Part shown: piece by piece, positions 1 to 8,239 of the stretch
How the letters are laid out: every line of letters starts with the position of its first letter
Position numbering within the stretch: position 1 is the stretch's first letter
DNA from: Chloroflexota bacterium
GTDB lineage: Bacteria; Chloroflexota; Limnocylindria; P2-11E
Direction: 5' to 3'
Assembly: GCA_038040345.1 (NCBI GenBank)
Contig: JBBPIQ010000009.1
Span: 3,165 to 67,164, forward strand
Length of the DNA stretch: 64,000 nucleotides
Translations under genes and position numbers: made by a program
Notes under the pieces: generated by a model
Databases searched by the model: none
What the model was told of the DNA's origin: nothing
Seen by the model: only the letters and a program-made list of their open reading frames with translations

Positions 1-2
1 CC

Positions 3-803
3 GTCCTCGTCAAGGTCATCGTGATTCCCAAGGCGACGGCGGTTCAACGTAAGCGGTATGGACAGGTGATCAACCAAATCGTCAAGGCAACTAACTGGCA
101 GAACCAGATCACGCTCTCCGATTTGCAAACCAATGACGACGAGCAAATTCGGCTCGAGCGAATCCTGTTGGAACACGACTACAACTACATTCGCCGTCGT
201 CAGTCGAGTACCGAGACGCAGCGCTTGCTACCGAGGAAGAGACGACCGAAGGTCGCCAAAGAGAAGTTGGCGCAGTACATCGCTGCATGCGAGTTAGATC
301 ATGTGATCGCTCAGGCGAAGAATCGTCTATTTGACGCAGACCACTACTCGCAAATTTTCAAACGGACACGAACCGCGGAGGAATACATCCTTTTCTATTG
401 GCTCGGCACCGCGGTTGAGTCGGCCGCGCGAAGGGTTCGCGAACGGCGATACGCAAAGTGGCTCGTGCTCGCGACGCTCTGGCGAAGGACCCCGATCCTC
501 CGACGCAGCGCGTTTCGTGAAGCATTCATACACCTGGCCGAGGCTGACAGGCGATTCCAGTCCGACCTCCTCCCGTTGCGCCGCGTCCTCGATGAGTATT
601 TCGAACTCGCGGCTGACGCGTTTCGGCGGACACAAAAACGCGAACCTGACCTGGATTTGCCGACATTCTTCAAGCGGGCGAACGCGGCCGCGGCTATCGA
701 CAAAGCGATTCAAGCGCGAGCAAATTCAGCCCGCAGATCCCGCCTCAGTCGATACCTCGCTGAGCTCGAACGGGGGCTGCGAGTAGAAGAGAAAGCTGCA
801 TGA
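3..803 (+). CDS. C-terminal part of an AIPR-like (abortive infection phage resistance) protein; 5' end outside the window
   Basis: The frame stays open from base 3, with no stop upstream of the listed start at 21. IVKATNWQNQITLSDLQTNDDEQIRLERILLEHDYNYIRRRQ resembles, from memory, the conserved AIPR core (atNsQn.v...DL.sND..Q..le..l...y.Y.rk). The rest is helical and Arg-rich with no other recognised motif. Confidence 0.4.
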   Translation, partial: VLVKVIVIPKATAVQRKRYGQVINQIVKATNWQNQITLSDLQTNDDEQIRLERILLEHDYNYIRRRQSSTETQRLLPRKRRPKVAKEKLAQYIAACELDHVIAQAKNRLFDADHYSQIFKRTRTAEEYILFYWLGTAVESAARRVRERRYAKWLVLATLWRRTPILRRSAFREAFIHLAEADRRFQSDLLPLRRVLDEYFELAADAFRRTQKREPDLDLPTFFKRANAAAAIDKAIQARANSARRSRLSRYLAELERGLRVEEKAA

Positions 804-902
804 GCGCTCCAGCGCGCAAGCGCACCCGTGTAGATTCATCAGGCGGTAAAGCCTCTCGAAGCCACCGACTCGAGGAACCCACCGCCTTACTCAATCGCAA
901 AC

Positions 903-930
903 ACGCGCGGTTATGCGAGGGAACCGCGCG
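903..930. repeat. Short hairpin motif ACGCGCGGTT-loop-AACCGCGCG, copy 1 (9-bp stem, 9-nt loop)
   Basis: cgcgcggtt (904-912) pairs perfectly with aaccgcgcg (922-930). The same arms recur at 1293-1339. The minus-strand reading RAVPSHNRA echoes the C-terminus RAVPLTASDQLSNRA of the 1291-2046 product. Confidence 0.5.
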
Positions 931-1290
931 AAGAGTACTGGGCTCGAGGCGACTCTTCATTCGGAGCTGACCGCGGCGAGATTGGGGCTAGTCGCAACGC
1001 CCTAACCGCTCCGGGCGAGCTGACTTTCTGTTCCGCCGTGAGGGCGTGGCGGTTTTCGTCCACGGTTGTTTCTGACATCGGTGCCCTGTTTGTTTGTCGC
1101 CGACCCCTTCCGGGTCGCCGTCGCTACTTCTGGCGTGGGAACAGAGCCAACCGCGCTCGCGATTGGCGAATCCGAGGGCGGTTGCGAGATTTGCGCGGGC
1201 GCACACTGGAGGTTTGAGGACACGATCCTCGACGGAGAAGCCCGCACGCACTGCGAGGCGCGTTGCGCGGACCAGTCGAGGTAGGGGTAA

Positions 1291-2046
1291 CTACGCGCGG
1301 TTGGACAGCTGATCGGATGCGGTCAGAGGAACCGCGCGCTGCACGATTCTCTTGAGGAAAGCCCGATTCAGCCAGAAACTCTTTCGGGTCACGGGCGTGA
1401 TGCCAGGAGTCGGGTCGACGTCGTCTTTGCCGCGGCCGTGCGGACGGACGTGGATGTAGCGCGTTTCGCTTTCGGCGGGAAGTTTGTTGGCCCCGCGTCG
1501 TTTGATGAGTGATCGGTACATCTCCCACTCGCCCTTCATTCCGGCCAGCTCGGCCCGGGTGGGGGTCCAGAAAAACGCTCCGGCAACCGTGTAGCGAGGA
1601 ATCGGGGCGTCCCGGCCAGCGGCGCGGAGAACGACGAGAAACATGCGCTCTGTCTCCTTGCGGAATGAGCTCGTTCTCCAGGTTTCCCGAACCAGGCGAT
1701 CACGGCGAAAAGCCCGGAAGGACATCTTTTCGAAAGGATGCAAGTCCGCAGATACGCGAACGGTCTTTACGGGAATCTGCCGAAGTTTGAACTGACGCAT
1801 CGCGGATGAAGCTCCCCCGGCGTTAAGCAACCTCCTGATGACCGCCGCACCGAAGTTCTTGGAAACCGCACCACCCTTTGGCACTCGCAACCCCTGTTCT
1901 CGGCCAATCGACCCGACCGTCCGCCCGAGATGTGGAGCGATATACCTGACGACACCCCTCTCAAAAAACTCTGCTGCCCAAGCGTCAGCACTCTTCTTTG
2001 AACTGTTCTCTCGCCTGCTATCAGTCTTGCTCATCACACTCGGCAC
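1291..2046 (-). CDS. MutH/Sau3AI-fold protein, apparently catalytically degenerate
   Basis: Aligns by eye along its length with E. coli MutH. GAAVIRRLLNAGGASS..RQFKLRQIPVKTVRV matches GWIGVLLEIWLGASAG..QDFAALGVELKTIPV. FFWTPTRAEL..EWEMYRSLI matches LLWSPNEEED..DWEELMDMI. YIHVRPHGRGKDD matches YLQIRPKAANAKA. TRKSFWLNRAFLKRIV matches LPRGFYLKKNFTSALL. MutH D70 and E77 align to Q and P, and only K79 is kept. Confidence 0.7.
   Translation of the reverse strand: MPSVMSKTDSRRENSSKKSADAWAAEFFERGVVRYIAPHLGRTVGSIGREQGLRVPKGGAVSKNFGAAVIRRLLNAGGASSAMRQFKLRQIPVKTVRVSADLHPFEKMSFRAFRRDRLVRETWRTSSFRKETERMFLVVLRAAGRDAPIPRYTVAGAFFWTPTRAELAGMKGEWEMYRSLIKRRGANKLPAESETRYIHVRPHGRGKDDVDPTPGITPVTRKSFWLNRAFLKRIVQRAVPLTASDQLSNRA
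1293..1339. repeat. Hairpin motif ACGCGCGGTT-loop-AACCGCGCG, copy 2 (longer loop), inside the 3' end of the MutH-like CDS
   Basis: acgcgcggtt (1293-1302) and aaccgcgcg (1330-1338) are the same arms as at 903-930. Confidence 0.45.
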
Positions 2047-2495
2047 GGGTGAGACGCCTTATCCGGGTCATCGCCTCTGCGCTACCTACCGAAATCAGAC
2101 AGTATCAGCTGGATTTCGGCACACACGCTGTGCTCGCGCTTCCCGCGATCAAGCTGTGTCTCGGCCGCGAGAAAAAGCTCGAGCGCCTAAGGGCACACCT
2201 AGTGGAGCGCTGGAAGTCGGTAGCAGTCGCGAGTTTGTTGGAAAACTCGCCAGCCGAGAGGATTGGGATTCTTCAGGTCATGTTCCTAGCAGTCTGCGAA
2301 TTCGCGCCTGAACGCAATCACGACGACACATGGTTATGACCAACGACAAATGGTTCACAAAGAAGGACGGCGAGCGGGCGTTTCCGTCCTCGCGGTGACG
2401 ATCAGAGGAATCCCAGCGAAGCGATAGACCGCTGATCTCCAGGCATCCGCCGTACAAAGCCCAGTCCCGGTGTGCACTGCGCTTTTCTCCGGAAC

Positions 2496-5400
2496 TCAGC
2501 ACGCGGGATGCCGCTCCGGGCTGGGGGCGGCCATCTCCTGGAAGAGACATAGAGCATTCGCCAGCCGCATCTGCTCAGGCGTCTTGCAGCGCACACGAAA
2601 GAGCGCAGGGCTAGCGACGACGATGGCCAATCCCTGCGCCCGGGAGATCGCGACATTCAGCCGATTGCGGCTGTAAAGGAAGTCCATCCCGCGGGGCGCG
2701 TCCTCGGGCGCCGAGCTGGCCATCGAATAGATCGCGACTGGTGCTTGCTGCCCCTGGAACTTGTCGACGGTCCCGACCATCGCGCCGTCCGGCAGGCGTC
2801 GCTTCAGTAGCTCGACCTGCGCGTTGTACGGGGCGACGACCAGGATGTCGCCGAGTGCAATACCGCGCGTACCCCGTTCGTCGGTCCACCGAGTGCCTAG
2901 GAGCTCGTCGATCAACGCGCGCACGCGGGTAGCCTCCTCCTCAGACTCGATCTTGTTTCCAGTGTGCTCGACAGCCTCGAACCGCAAGCCGTTCGTCCCG
3001 CTGGTGAACGTGCGGGCGCGTGCTGCGTCCACCGGTTCGAGTCGCGACTCATAGAACGCCTGGGACACGAAGTCGCAGATCTCAGGCCGCAACCGCTGCG
3101 TGCGGTCGAGGAATAGGCCAGCCTCCGTCGGAATCGTGACATGGTCACCCAGCATGTGCTCGAGCACCGATACGTCGGAGCCCGGCGGATGCGCGCCCTG
3201 CGACGGCTGCGCGAGCTGGTTCGGGTCACCGAGGAGGACGATGTTCTGAGCGCACGGGGCGACCGCGAGCGCGTTCGCGAGGGCGAACTGTCCGGCCTCG
3301 TCGATGAAGAGCACATCAATCGTGTCTTGCAGCTCCGCGCGGGCAAAGAGCCAAGCCGTCCCGCCGATTACATCCAGCCCTGACCCAAGCGCGCCATGCA
3401 CCGCCTTCGACTCGACGCGTTCGATCCGCCGGTCATGCGCCCCTTCATCTTCGTTGGCCCTCTGGGCGACGCGGACCGACGCTCCACGCGCATCCGCGCG
3501 TCGACAGATCTCGTCGAGGAAGTTGCCGATGACCGCGTGGCTCTGGGCAACCAACCCGACCTTCTTGCCGGCCGCGACGAGGTCGAGCGCGATCTCTGCG
3601 CCGGCGAACGTCTTGCCGGTCCCCGGTGGCCCTTGGATCGGCAGGCACCCGCCGTCCAGGCGAGGCACGAGCCGCCGAGCCGCTTCGATGGCGCTCTCGC
3701 CGGTCGATCGCAGCGGACCGGTGGACGAACGATCGAGCCGGGGCGGACGACGGAGCAGGATGTCGCGCGCGGCGCGCGCGTAGCCGGGTGCGTCGATCCC
3801 GTTCGCCACGACCCAGCGGGCCAGGCGCAGAAGCGACTCCTTCTGATCCTTCTCGAAGAACTCGACCGACGGCACCAGCGCGGCCGGCTGGGTCGGGGTG
3901 CGTCCGTGATTCAGCCGCAAGGTCCCGTGCCCAAGCTCGAGTATGGTGCCGGCCTTTTTCTGCGTGGCCGGATCGTGCGGGCCGTCCCCGACCTTGAGCC
4001 GATGATCCTGGTCAGCCGGGAAGCGATAGCTCTGGTGCCAGGACTGCACGACCTTTTGCGCTGGACCAACCGGCACGAGTCCGCCGATGGCTTGGCCGTC
4101 CTCGAACAGCTCGATCTCGTTCATGTCGCACCGGTCGAAGTACGCCCACCACTGCGACTTCTTCTCCCGCCGGTGATAGCCGAGGACCTGCGCCAGCAGC
4201 CAGCGCGCCTGCTGATCCGGTGTGCGGTCTTCCGCAGGGACCCCCGCGCAGAGCTCGGCGATGAGCCCAGCATTCTCATCTTCGGGCGCAAGCTCGCTGT
4301 CCTTCGGACGCGCCGGCACCGGCGGTCGCGGGACCTCGCCGAAACGCCCGATAGCCTCGGCGCGGCAGCCCTCGAGCCAGTCCCGCAGCTTCAGCGTCGA
4401 GACGCAGTCATCACGGTTGTAAGCCTCGATGTCGTCGAGGATCCGTTGGTCGTGCGTCTCCAGCCACGTTTCGTACGCGACGATGCTCCCGCCGGCATCC
4501 GCGATCGCGCCGGCCCGCGGCTCCATGTAGAGGGGCTCGAGCTTCTTGATCGAGTACGACTCCTGGGACACGGCGATGCCTTGACGAACGACGCGATACA
4601 GATCCACGAGCACGCCCTCCCGCAAGAGCGTGTCGATGGCGTCCTCGCGGGTCGCGTGGGTGCCCATGAGCCGCTTGAGAGCGGTCTCTTCGTAGGCGGC
4701 GTAGTGGTAGACGTGCAGGTCCGGGTAACGCAGCCGGAACTCGGTGACGAAGTCGATGAAGTCCTCGAACGCGCGCTTCTCGCCGGCGCGGTCGTGCCCC
4801 CAGAACGAGCGAAAGCGGATCTCGCCGCCTTCGCGCCAGGCAACACCAAAAAGGTATTCAAGGCCGTCATCGATGAGGGGGTCGCCTTCCATGTCGAAGA
4901 ACAAGTCGCCATCGGAAGGCTCGGGGAGGCGGGCGAGGCCGCGCTCCGGGCCCTCGGGCGGGAGCAGCTCGGATGTAACCCTGCCCGTCGTGCGCTGTTG
5001 GACTTGCAGCCGGGCCTGACGCTCGAGCCGGGCAAGGGTGGGATCACCGATGCCAGTAACGTGTGTCTCGGCCGACTCGGCGAGAGCCGTGAGCGTGGGA
5101 ATTCCGGCCACGCCGAGCTTGAGCACCTGTGCGCGCCCCAGGCCGGCGACGAAGATGAGATGGTCGTCGGCGCGCCACTGCGCGGTACAGCGGTCGGCCC
5201 AGCGGCAGACGTCGCAATGCTCGACTCGGTCGGGGTATGTGGTCGGTCCAGCCGCGATAGCCTCATCGAACTGTCGCTTTACGGCCCGGTAGTAGGCGGC
5301 GTAGTCCTCGAAGCGGAACGTCGCCGTCGATCGGTCGCCGAGCACCACGTGGATGTGCTCGGGGGCCCTCCCTTGAACTGCCGCGAGCTGCGACGAGTAC

Positions 5401-5876
5401 GCGCACGTCTGGAGCAGGGCAGCGGCCTTCGCGTGCCGTGCGAGCTTGGTGTCCGCGACCTCGTAGCTGAATGGGCCGAGGTCGCTGGGAATGTTGACTC
5501 GCAGGAGAAAGTCGGCGAAGCCCTGCCAGCGGCCGTCAAAGAACGCGCCTTGGTAGATGACGTCGGGCCCTGCTCGCAGGGCGGTGACGGTCCGTGCGTG
5601 GAGCTCTCTGAGACCCTCGAGGCCTGAGCTCTCTAAGGCGTCACGGTCTGCGCCGATGACGGTGATGGACCGGCCCTCGGCGCGCAGCTGATCGAGGTAG
5701 CGGGTCTCGTGCTCCATCCCCCGGCGGGCAAGGAGCGCGAGCTCGGGGTCGTCGCGCTCGGGCCGCACGAGCTCCCCCGCCATCGCTTTTCGCTCGAGCG
5801 TGAGTAAGTGATCACAACTGAGGTAGCCCGTCAGGTCGCTTGGGCTGAAGACTGGCACTCCTTCGACGATGCGCAC
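2496..5876 (-). CDS. Bifunctional RecB-like (TM0106-type, PD-(D/E)xK with Cys cluster) nuclease / RNase H-like domain / SF1 DNA2-Upf1-type helicase
   Basis: The N-terminus SPSDLTGYLSCDHL...GMEHE...YEVADTKLA plus CDVCRWADRC is typical of TM0106-family RecB-like nucleases. The FFDMEGDP block follows. C-terminal helicase motifs are IQGPPGTGKT, LFIDEAGQ, VDKFQGQQAPVAIYSM and NVAISRAQ. Confidence 0.85.
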   Translation of the reverse strand: MRIVEGVPVFSPSDLTGYLSCDHLLTLERKAMAGELVRPERDDPELALLARRGMEHETRYLDQLRAEGRSITVIGADRDALESSGLEGLRELHARTVTALRAGPDVIYQGAFFDGRWQGFADFLLRVNIPSDLGPFSYEVADTKLARHAKAAALLQTCAYSSQLAAVQGRAPEHIHVVLGDRSTATFRFEDYAAYYRAVKRQFDEAIAAGPTTYPDRVEHCDVCRWADRCTAQWRADDHLIFVAGLGRAQVLKLGVAGIPTLTALAESAETHVTGIGDPTLARLERQARLQVQQRTTGRVTSELLPPEGPERGLARLPEPSDGDLFFDMEGDPLIDDGLEYLFGVAWREGGEIRFRSFWGHDRAGEKRAFEDFIDFVTEFRLRYPDLHVYHYAAYEETALKRLMGTHATREDAIDTLLREGVLVDLYRVVRQGIAVSQESYSIKKLEPLYMEPRAGAIADAGGSIVAYETWLETHDQRILDDIEAYNRDDCVSTLKLRDWLEGCRAEAIGRFGEVPRPPVPARPKDSELAPEDENAGLIAELCAGVPAEDRTPDQQARWLLAQVLGYHRREKKSQWWAYFDRCDMNEIELFEDGQAIGGLVPVGPAQKVVQSWHQSYRFPADQDHRLKVGDGPHDPATQKKAGTILELGHGTLRLNHGRTPTQPAALVPSVEFFEKDQKESLLRLARWVVANGIDAPGYARAARDILLRRPPRLDRSSTGPLRSTGESAIEAARRLVPRLDGGCLPIQGPPGTGKTFAGAEIALDLVAAGKKVGLVAQSHAVIGNFLDEICRRADARGASVRVAQRANEDEGAHDRRIERVESKAVHGALGSGLDVIGGTAWLFARAELQDTIDVLFIDEAGQFALANALAVAPCAQNIVLLGDPNQLAQPSQGAHPPGSDVSVLEHMLGDHVTIPTEAGLFLDRTQRLRPEICDFVSQAFYESRLEPVDAARARTFTSGTNGLRFEAVEHTGNKIESEEEATRVRALIDELLGTRWTDERGTRGIALGDILVVAPYNAQVELLKRRLPDGAMVGTVDKFQGQQAPVAIYSMASSAPEDAPRGMDFLYSRNRLNVAISRAQGLAIVVASPALFRVRCKTPEQMRLANALCLFQEMAAPSPERHPAC

Positions 5877-6055
5877 GCGCCAACGTTACGGCTTCATGTG
5901 CCGCGGACGCTCCGCGTACGACGGCCGCTGCCGTGGCTACTTCTTTGCGAGCACCTTGAACGCGTCGGCCATCCTCCGCCATAGGGAAGTAGCCAAGCCG
6001 CAGGGTTGGATTCCGGAAAACTCAACCACTGCGTATCGCGGGCAGCGGCTCCCCC

Positions 6056-6688
6056 GTGCTATCCGAACCTCGTGAAGACGCTATACGGGATCTGTGGCAT
6101 GTAAGGAGGCCCTTCGGGACGCTCGGGTCGTTCAGGGCCACTCGCCGTCCGGGTTCTTGGACGGAAGGCCCGGAAGGACATCTTCTCGAAGGGTCTGAGG
6201 TCAGGCGCGACCCGGACCGTCTTGACCGGTATCCGCCGAAGATCGAATTGGTAGATGTCAGACCGTGCGCCTCCAGCGTTAAGAAGCCTTCGGACTACCA
6301 CGGCCGCATAGTTCTTTGGAACCTTGCCATGGCTAGGGAATCGAGCTCCTTCCGGGCCGACGTCCTCCGGCTGTTCATGGTTGTTCTCCGAGCCGGCAGC
6401 GAAACGATGCCGATGCCGCAGTACACACTTTCGCGCGCTTTCTTCTGGTCGCCAACCGATGGGCAGCTGCTCGACATCGGGCGCGAATGGAAGATGTACC
6501 AGGCTCACATCCGCCGTCGAGGAGCCGTAGCCCTACCTCGCGAGAGCGAGACTAATTACATACATATTCGACCGCACGGACGAGACAGCAAGGATTTGGA
6601 TCCGACGGCGAAAATCTTGCCGACTACCCGCAAGAGCTTCTGGCTGAATCGGGAGTTTCTGGCGATTATCGTCCGCCGACGTAGATAG
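6056..6688 (+). pseudogene. Second MutH/Sau3AI-fold paralog whose central 56 codons are inverted relative to the flanks; the ORF stays open in both orientations
   Basis: The plus-strand C-terminal half (from ~6338: RESSSFRADVLRLFMVVLRAGS...YIHIRPHGRDSKD...TRKSFWLNREFLAIIV) matches the 1291-2046 product. The matching N-terminal block (GKVPKNYAAVVVRRLLNAGGARSDIYQFDLRRIPVKTVRVAPDLRPFEKMSFRA) is encoded on the minus strand at ~6160-6333. The first ~30 plus-strand codons (..PFGTLGSF..) weakly match HLGRTVGSIG of the paralog. Confidence 0.7.
6167..6358. repeat. 12-bp perfect inverted repeats (GGCCCGGAAGGA at 6167-6178, TCCTTCCGGGCC at 6347-6358) bracketing a 168-bp invertible-looking segment
   Basis: Read directly from the sequence. 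The spacer 6179-6346 is exactly 56 codons, and both arms sit on codon boundaries of the 6056 frame (GPEG and SFRA). An 8-bp palindrome GCCATGGC at 6326-6333 lies near the homology junction. Confidence 0.8.
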
Positions 6689-6895
6689 GGGTCCGAACCA
6701 GGTTCATCTCCCGTCGCTGTGAGCCGAAGGCTATGCGGCCGGTCATGCCGGCCGGAGATTTCGTCGAACGATTGCGCGTTTGACGACGCCGACCGTCTTC
6801 CTTGCGTCGGCGATCTCGTGATCCAGATCTCTAACACGAAGCAACCGAGTGCGTTTGAGCGCCGTCCAAGATTGAACTGAGGCAACATCTCGCAG

Positions 6896-7759
6896 ATGGC
6901 GTCGCCTAAGGGAGTCGACGGAACCCGGCTCCTTTATCCCTACCTCCAGAAGGACTTGCTATCGAGCGATGTGTGGCTGTTCCAGATGCTTACCGCCCGT
7001 CTTGTCGTGGATCTGGGAATTTGGTTGCCTCCGATCGTCTATCAACGGCTGCCAGTCCTTCTTCCCTACGCTGTCCGGGATCCTGACTGCCGCGGCGATC
7101 CGAAGAACGGAATACCCGATCAGTGGGGGTCACCCAACAGCGCCGGCTTCTTTCGTGACGACAACAGTCTGGTGAAGGTCATGCCGCGGAGCCTGTCAAT
7201 CGAAAGCGAGAGGAGCGTCTACCGCTCTGCCCGGATGGACAAAGGCTTCGTTGCCGCTCACGTCTGGAGACGCCTTACTGGCGGCGCTTCGGCCGCCCGC
7301 GATAGGCTCACATACTCCTTCGTCCCGAACCTCGTGTGGTTGCCGAGCGACGTCGCGAGACTTACCGACCGAGAGGGCTCCTTCGTGCAGGCCTTCGTAC
7401 AAGCACTTGCGGTCAAGACCTACCGCGGGTTGCCCGTCGTGCCTTCGATGAAGCGATTCGTAGATCAGATTTGGGAAATGCTCCCGCAACCCCTAGGCAT
7501 CCCCCAGCAGGCTCTACCGGGGGTCGAGGATTTGAATTTCTTCTCAGTGACCCCAGCGTGGCTCGCTCGACGGCTCCAGAAGATCGTCGGTGTCCATGAA
7601 GCGTTCAAAGACCTACGGGCCGGGGCGCTCCATCGACCAAAAGTCATCTCCAGCCGATACACCACCGGATTGATCTCGATGAAGCCCGAGAGCGCACGGG
7701 TGCTGTACGAGGAACTCGACCTATACCGAAACTGTTGCGAGGACGCGGCCCGGGGATAA
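6896..7759 (+). CDS. Hypothetical protein, possible HNH_2-like nuclease fold
   Basis: GFVAAHVWR followed ~20 aa later by NLVWLPSDVARLTDREG loosely resembles the HNH_2 pattern (AAHI.P ... N.l.L...lH.lFD.g), but the second His is absent. Nothing else is recognised. GC is lower than the surroundings. Confidence 0.3.
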   Translation: MASPKGVDGTRLLYPYLQKDLLSSDVWLFQMLTARLVVDLGIWLPPIVYQRLPVLLPYAVRDPDCRGDPKNGIPDQWGSPNSAGFFRDDNSLVKVMPRSLSIESERSVYRSARMDKGFVAAHVWRRLTGGASAARDRLTYSFVPNLVWLPSDVARLTDREGSFVQAFVQALAVKTYRGLPVVPSMKRFVDQIWEMLPQPLGIPQQALPGVEDLNFFSVTPAWLARRLQKIVGVHEAFKDLRAGALHRPKVISSRYTTGLISMKPESARVLYEELDLYRNCCEDAARG

Positions 7760-7807
7760 GAACGATTCGCATTAGCGTGGCGAGAAGAAATTTTCGGGCT
7801 TGGCAGG

Positions 7808-8239
7808 CTATCCCGCTGCAGGACGGAGGTCGTTCACCAGAGATGCGAGGGCGAGAATCGTCGCGTCGCGGTCGTGTCGCTCGTACTCCAATACGAAGTC
7901 GATGCCTCCATTGGCGTACTCCTCGAGGATCCGAAGCATCTCATTTTGATTCGCGACCACCGCTGGCTCACCAGTCTCGGCGATGGAAATGGCTTGGACG
8001 AGCGGAACATCCTCCTGGGCACTGAACGAATGCCAGAACCCGACGTGTTGTCTGGGCCCCTTGGTTGCCAGCCGCCGCTTCTTCGCCCAGCCGACCGCGG
8101 CCGCGAAAAGAAAGGCGTCCTTCAACGTTGGAAACGGGGAGGTTTCGTCATCCTTGCCGAGGGCCTGAAAGAGATGATGTTTGTCTCTTTGGACGTAGAT
8201 GCGGCCGCCGCCCTGCTCACGCGGAGACTCGTCCGTCAT
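7808..8239 (-). CDS. Small protein resembling the 'DNA phosphorothioation (Dnd)-associated protein 4' family, last gene of the operon
   Basis: The start overlaps the upstream stop as ATGA. PFPTLKDAFLFAAAVGW..KRR and LRILEEYANGGIDFV resemble, from memory, the family that accompanies DndD-like ATPases. Confidence 0.4.
   Translation of the reverse strand: MTDESPREQGGGRIYVQRDKHHLFQALGKDDETSPFPTLKDAFLFAAAVGWAKKRRLATKGPRQHVGFWHSFSAQEDVPLVQAISIAETGEPAVVANQNEMLRILEEYANGGIDFVLEYERHDRDATILALASLVNDLRPAAG

Noticed and set aside
1998-2339. 113-aa plus-strand ORF in the gap between the MutH-like gene and the helicase
   Set aside because: The 5' third overlaps the MutH-like gene start and is Cys/Ser-rich. 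The remainder has no motif and no internal canonical start with a ribosome-binding site.
2364-2391. 7-bp inverted repeat AGGACGG...CCGTCCT downstream of the helicase gene as a terminator
   Set aside because: The stem is short, the loop is 13-14 nt, it lies ~105 nt from the stop, and it has only a weak T-rich tail.
3396-5627. 743-aa plus-strand ORF
   Set aside because: It is antisense to the nuclease-helicase gene, whose minus-strand product carries clear motifs. The plus-strand translation is Arg/Ala/Gly/Pro-rich low-complexity sequence typical of off-frame reading in high-GC DNA.
6787-6812. 7-bp inverted repeat CGCCGAC...GTCGGCG after the rearranged MutH-like gene
   Set aside because: The stem is short with a 12-nt loop, which is within chance expectation for GC-rich DNA.
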